NCBI GenBank assembly: GCA_028719225.1 | Contig: JAQUKI010000030.1 | Location: 1-17,944, forward strand | Direction of reading: 5' to 3' | Length of the DNA: 17,944 nt | From: Fidelibacterota bacterium | Lineage (GTDB): Bacteria > Fidelibacterota > UBA2242 | In this document: piece after piece, positions 15,639-17,944 of the stretch | Position numbering within the stretch: the stretch's first letter is position 1 | How the letters are laid out: each line of letters begins with the position of its first letter | Translations under genes and position numbers: made by a program | The notes under the pieces: generated by a model | What the model saw: the letters and a program-made list of their open reading frames with translations, nothing else | Databases searched by the model: none | Told to the model about the DNA's origin: nothing

Positions 15639-16397
15639 TTAAAAATTGCAGGAAATTGAAACCGTCGATGTCCGGCATGACCGGCTTGACTGTATGTTCC
15701 ACATCCGGTGATGTTCGCGCGAAAAACTTTTCCCGACGATCGTTCCGATAATCGCGCCGGTTACGACATCCGAGAAGTAATGTTTATTGTCGTTGATGCG
15801 GCTGGAGGCGACGAACGTGGCTATGGCATAGGCCGGGATTCCTACTTTTTTACCATAAATCTCATTCAGGCAGGCCGCGAGCGTGAACGAACCGCTTGTA
15901 TGCCCGGACGGGAACGACTTATAATTCGCGTCGTTCGGTCGTTGGCGATGCGAAGTTATTTTTAATAGTTCGACGATGGTGGCTTCGGTGATGACCGCTT
16001 CACCAAGCAGTTCGACATCGGAAAATGTCTGCTTAAAGGATTGGCCGTTCATAAATCCGGTTAAAGTGACTAAACCGGCGGCACCTATGTATCCCCATCG
16101 ACGCCCATAAAGATCGCCAACCCGTGAAATTTCGGATGAAAATAATCCTTGCTCGATGACGTAATCGTGAACGGCATCGTCGAGTAGAAAGGCAACAGGA
16201 ATTGCAACGGCTCCGGCTATGAGAAGATTTCGGTGAAACCGAACATCGCCGATTCCTTTGAAACCATTCCAATAGTGCGCGGGATACCATTTGACATAAC
16301 CGACCGGTTGACGTAGTGGATCCGGCATTTCCGCGGGAAGAACGTCCGAAATCAAGAGACAGAATATAAGAGCGAATCCGATTTGTATTTTCCTCAT
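15639..16397 (-). CDS. PAP2-family (type 2 phosphatidic acid / acid) phosphatase, membrane or periplasm-facing
   Basis: 252 aa with a signal/anchor segment (MRKIQIGFALIFCLLISDVLPA). All three PAP2 motifs are present: KITSHRQRP (KX6RP), PSGH, SRINDNKHYFSD (SRX5HX3D). The start overlaps the upstream gene's stop (ATGA at 16394-16397). Confidence 0.85.
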   Translation of the reverse strand: MRKIQIGFALIFCLLISDVLPAEMPDPLRQPVGYVKWYPAHYWNGFKGIGDVRFHRNLLIAGAVAIPVAFLLDDAVHDYVIEQGLFSSEISRVGDLYGRRWGYIGAAGLVTLTGFMNGQSFKQTFSDVELLGEAVITEATIVELLKITSHRQRPNDANYKSFPSGHTSGSFTLAACLNEIYGKKVGIPAYAIATFVASSRINDNKHYFSDVVTGAIIGTIVGKSFSREHHRMWNIQSSRSCRTSTVSISCNF

Positions 16398-17422
16398 CGA
16401 CCAAATTCTTTTGCAGCGTCCAGCATGGTGATGTAATTATCATAGATGACATATTCCGGGATGCTGTTGCCGGAACCGACGCAGTAACCACCGTTGTAAG
16501 CCGCGACCTCGATATTTTCTTTCACTTTTTGACGAACTTCTTCTCGGGTTCCGCGGCTGAGAAGATCGACATCCACGTGGCCGATCAGGCAAAGTCGGTC
16601 GCCAAAGCGCTGTTTGATTTCGGCGAGATTCATAGCCTTCGGTTCGATCGGATGCAGTGCATCGACGCCGGCGTCAATAATGTCTTCTATGACGGAATAA
16701 AGCAAACCATCGGTGTGATAAATCAGCGGCTTGTTAGTTTTTTTTGACAAATCGCCAATCTTTTTCAGCCACGGAAAGAAATATTGCCGGAGGATTGCCG
16801 GGGACATCATCAAACCGGAACTGTAAGCAATATCATCGCTGTACCACATGACATCGACGGCATCGCTTTCAGCGAAATAGTTGAACATGCTCAAAACGAG
16901 ATTTCCAATTTTATCGAATAGAGCAGAAACCAAATCCTGATTGTCGTAAAGGGCAAACGAAAACTGCTCGAATCCCATCATTTCCCAGACCATCGTAAAA
17001 ATATCACCGTACTGACCGATGACACCCATGCCTTCAGGAAGCAAGGCGCGAACCTGTTCGAATCTGGAATAATCGAAATCTTCATTTCGCGGGAACCGGT
17101 ATTTTTCAAAACTTTCCCAATTGGAAATAAAGCCTTTTCCTTCGGTTGCCCAATTTCTCGTAACGGTTCCGTCTTCTTTAAGTTTAATATTTTCAGCGTC
17201 CTGTAAAAATAGTTTACCGGGATTGAAATCGGCAATCGGCTGGAGTTTGATATAGTCGTAGCCGGCTTGATGCCAGAAATCGACGTCGTCTTTAAGTGAA
17301 TGGATCGGCCTGCCGAGCAACCTTTCTTTCATGATCGGATGAACGCCGAGCTCGCAGACAGGCACATAATCGGCTTTCCCGCGCTTGAGAGTTTTTTTAA
17401 ACTGTTCAATATCCGGATTCAT
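16394..17422 (-). CDS. Uroporphyrinogen-decarboxylase-family protein of the MtaA/MtbA/CmuA-like corrinoid methyltransferase type
   Basis: 342 aa. URO-D TIM-barrel features throughout: ADYVPVCELGVHP..., MWYSDDIAYSSGLMMSP, IYHTDG...AGVDALHPIEP, IGHVD, GGYCVGSGNSIP. It is divergent from a corrinoid protein gene. GAGG RBS before the ATG at 17422. Confidence 0.7.
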   Translation of the reverse strand: MNPDIEQFKKTLKRGKADYVPVCELGVHPIMKERLLGRPIHSLKDDVDFWHQAGYDYIKLQPIADFNPGKLFLQDAENIKLKEDGTVTRNWATEGKGFISNWESFEKYRFPRNEDFDYSRFEQVRALLPEGMGVIGQYGDIFTMVWEMMGFEQFSFALYDNQDLVSALFDKIGNLVLSMFNYFAESDAVDVMWYSDDIAYSSGLMMSPAILRQYFFPWLKKIGDLSKKTNKPLIYHTDGLLYSVIEDIIDAGVDALHPIEPKAMNLAEIKQRFGDRLCLIGHVDVDLLSRGTREEVRQKVKENIEVAAYNGGYCVGSGNSIPEYVIYDNYITMLDAAKEFGR

Positions 17423-17448
17423 AAAGCCTCAAGAGTTTCTACGTTAAA

Positions 17449-17474
17449 AAAACCGGTGGCAATTTAACGGTTTT
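17449..17474. promoter_or_regulatory. Inverted repeat AAAACCG-N12-CGGTTTT in the divergent URO-D/corrinoid intergenic region
   Basis: Perfect 7-bp arms at 17449-17455 and 17468-17474. The position is compatible with an operator or a leader hairpin. The stem is AT-rich, so it is not a convincing terminator. Confidence 0.2.
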
Positions 17475-17545
17475 CACTTTCCTCCGCACTATTATTTTAC
17501 ATTTTCTCATTGTAAGTTACGTCGGTTTTCGAACAGAGGAACTTG

Positions 17546-17944
17546 ATGACAATTTTAACAAAAATATCCGATGAACTGTTGAATGGAGATGCTGAAAAGC
17601 TTGTGTCTCAGATCGAAGAAGCGCTTGATGAAGGTCTGACATCTAACGAAATTCTAAACGACGGCTTGATCAAAGGAATGTCTGTCGTTGGCGCTCTGTT
17701 CAAGAACGGTGATGTTTTCATCCCGGAAGTTTTGATCTCGGCGCGCGCCATGGCTAAAGGGATCGAACGACTGGAGCCGCTGATACTGAAAAGCGGCATT
17801 CCTCCGAAAGGCAAGGTGATGATCGGAACGGTTCAGGATGACCTGCACGACATCGGTAAAAATTTAGTAGCGATCATGTTTAAAGGCGCTGGATTCGAAG
17901 TCATCGATCTCGGTGTTAACGTATCTGCGGAAAAATTCGTTCAG
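17546..17944 (+). CDS. Corrinoid (cobalamin-binding) protein of a methyltransferase system, MtaC/MtbC/MttC/MtgC-like. The N-terminal 133 aa are present and it continues beyond the window.
   Basis: It is absent from the ORF track because it is open at the edge. My translation reads MTILTKISDELLNGDAEKLVSQIEEALDEGLTSNEILNDGLIKGMSVVGALFKNGDVFIPEVLISARAMAKGIERLEPLILKSGIPPKGKVMIGTVQDDLHDIGKNLVAIMFKGAGFEVIDLGVNVSAEKFVQ. It has a B12-binding cap helix bundle (FIPEVL..ARAM) followed by the DxHxxG lower-ligand motif (DDLHDIGKN). GAGGA RBS at 17536-17540. Confidence 0.85.
   Translation, partial: MTILTKISDELLNGDAEKLVSQIEEALDEGLTSNEILNDGLIKGMSVVGALFKNGDVFIPEVLISARAMAKGIERLEPLILKSGIPPKGKVMIGTVQDDLHDIGKNLVAIMFKGAGFEVIDLGVNVSAEKFVQ

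Noticed and set aside
15631-15702. Upstream GTG start for the homocysteine methyltransferase ORF
   Set aside because: It would overlap the last 64 nt of the PAP2 gene. The family N-terminus normally lies 10-20 residues before the LDGAMGTEL motif, which matches the ATG at 15630.
16033-16491. 152-aa ORF spanning the URO-D/PAP2 junction
   Set aside because: It is out of frame with two well-supported CDSs. Its composition is Arg/Ser-rich and it has no motifs.
17423-17545. Cobalamin riboswitch upstream of the corrinoid protein gene
   Set aside because: The region has only 123 bp shared with a divergent promoter. Cobalamin riboswitches need roughly 200 nt, and I could not find a B12-box-like element. 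This should still be confirmed with a covariance model.
1-17944. Defence island, mobile element, CRISPR array, toxin-antitoxin pair, tRNA or rRNA
   Set aside because: All long ORFs have metabolic, housekeeping or envelope family signatures. I saw no repeat-spacer periodicity, no integrase/transposase/nuclease-ATPase signatures, no terminal inverted repeats and no tRNA-like T-arm motifs outside coding sequence.

Overview
This is a densely coding bacterial chromosomal window, by eye mid-40s % GC, probably from a diderm organism. It has four strand blocks: minus 1-9867, plus 10068-14594, minus 14716-17422, plus 17546-end. I saw no rRNA, tRNA, CRISPR array, transposase, integrase or recognisable defence gene.

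(1) The left block is a sugar-acid/cyclitol catabolic operon. It starts with an AraR-type regulator (GntR HTH fused to a LacI-like sugar-binding domain). Four consecutive genes follow: Gfo/Idh/MocA (IolG-like), a long Zn-dependent alcohol dehydrogenase, a creatininase-fold hydrolase and a TIM-barrel epimerase. Together these match the alternative oxidative myo-inositol route known from Thermotoga maritima (IolG/IolM/IolN/IolO). An accessory trio not described for that route comes next: a secreted beta-barrel protein, a second Zn-dependent alcohol dehydrogenase and a UhpC/GlpT-type organophosphate:Pi antiporter that is cut by the window edge. Upstream sits a GlcD-like FAD oxidase. An identical 13-bp TTGT-N4-ACAA element lies in front of both the regulator operon and the oxidase, and a degenerate third copy lies before iolM.

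(2) The middle block is housekeeping or miscellaneous: tex, a cytoplasmic glycerophosphodiesterase with HQG in place of HRG, yccF, cutA and a LamG-domain exported protein.

(3) The right block is the most unusual. A URO-D-family (MtaA/MtbA-like) methyltransferase, a membrane PAP2 phosphatase and a stand-alone homocysteine S-methyltransferase form a tightly coupled operon. It is divergent from a B12-binding corrinoid protein (DxHxxG motif) that runs off the window.

All product calls come from by-eye motif and family recognition. No searches were run.
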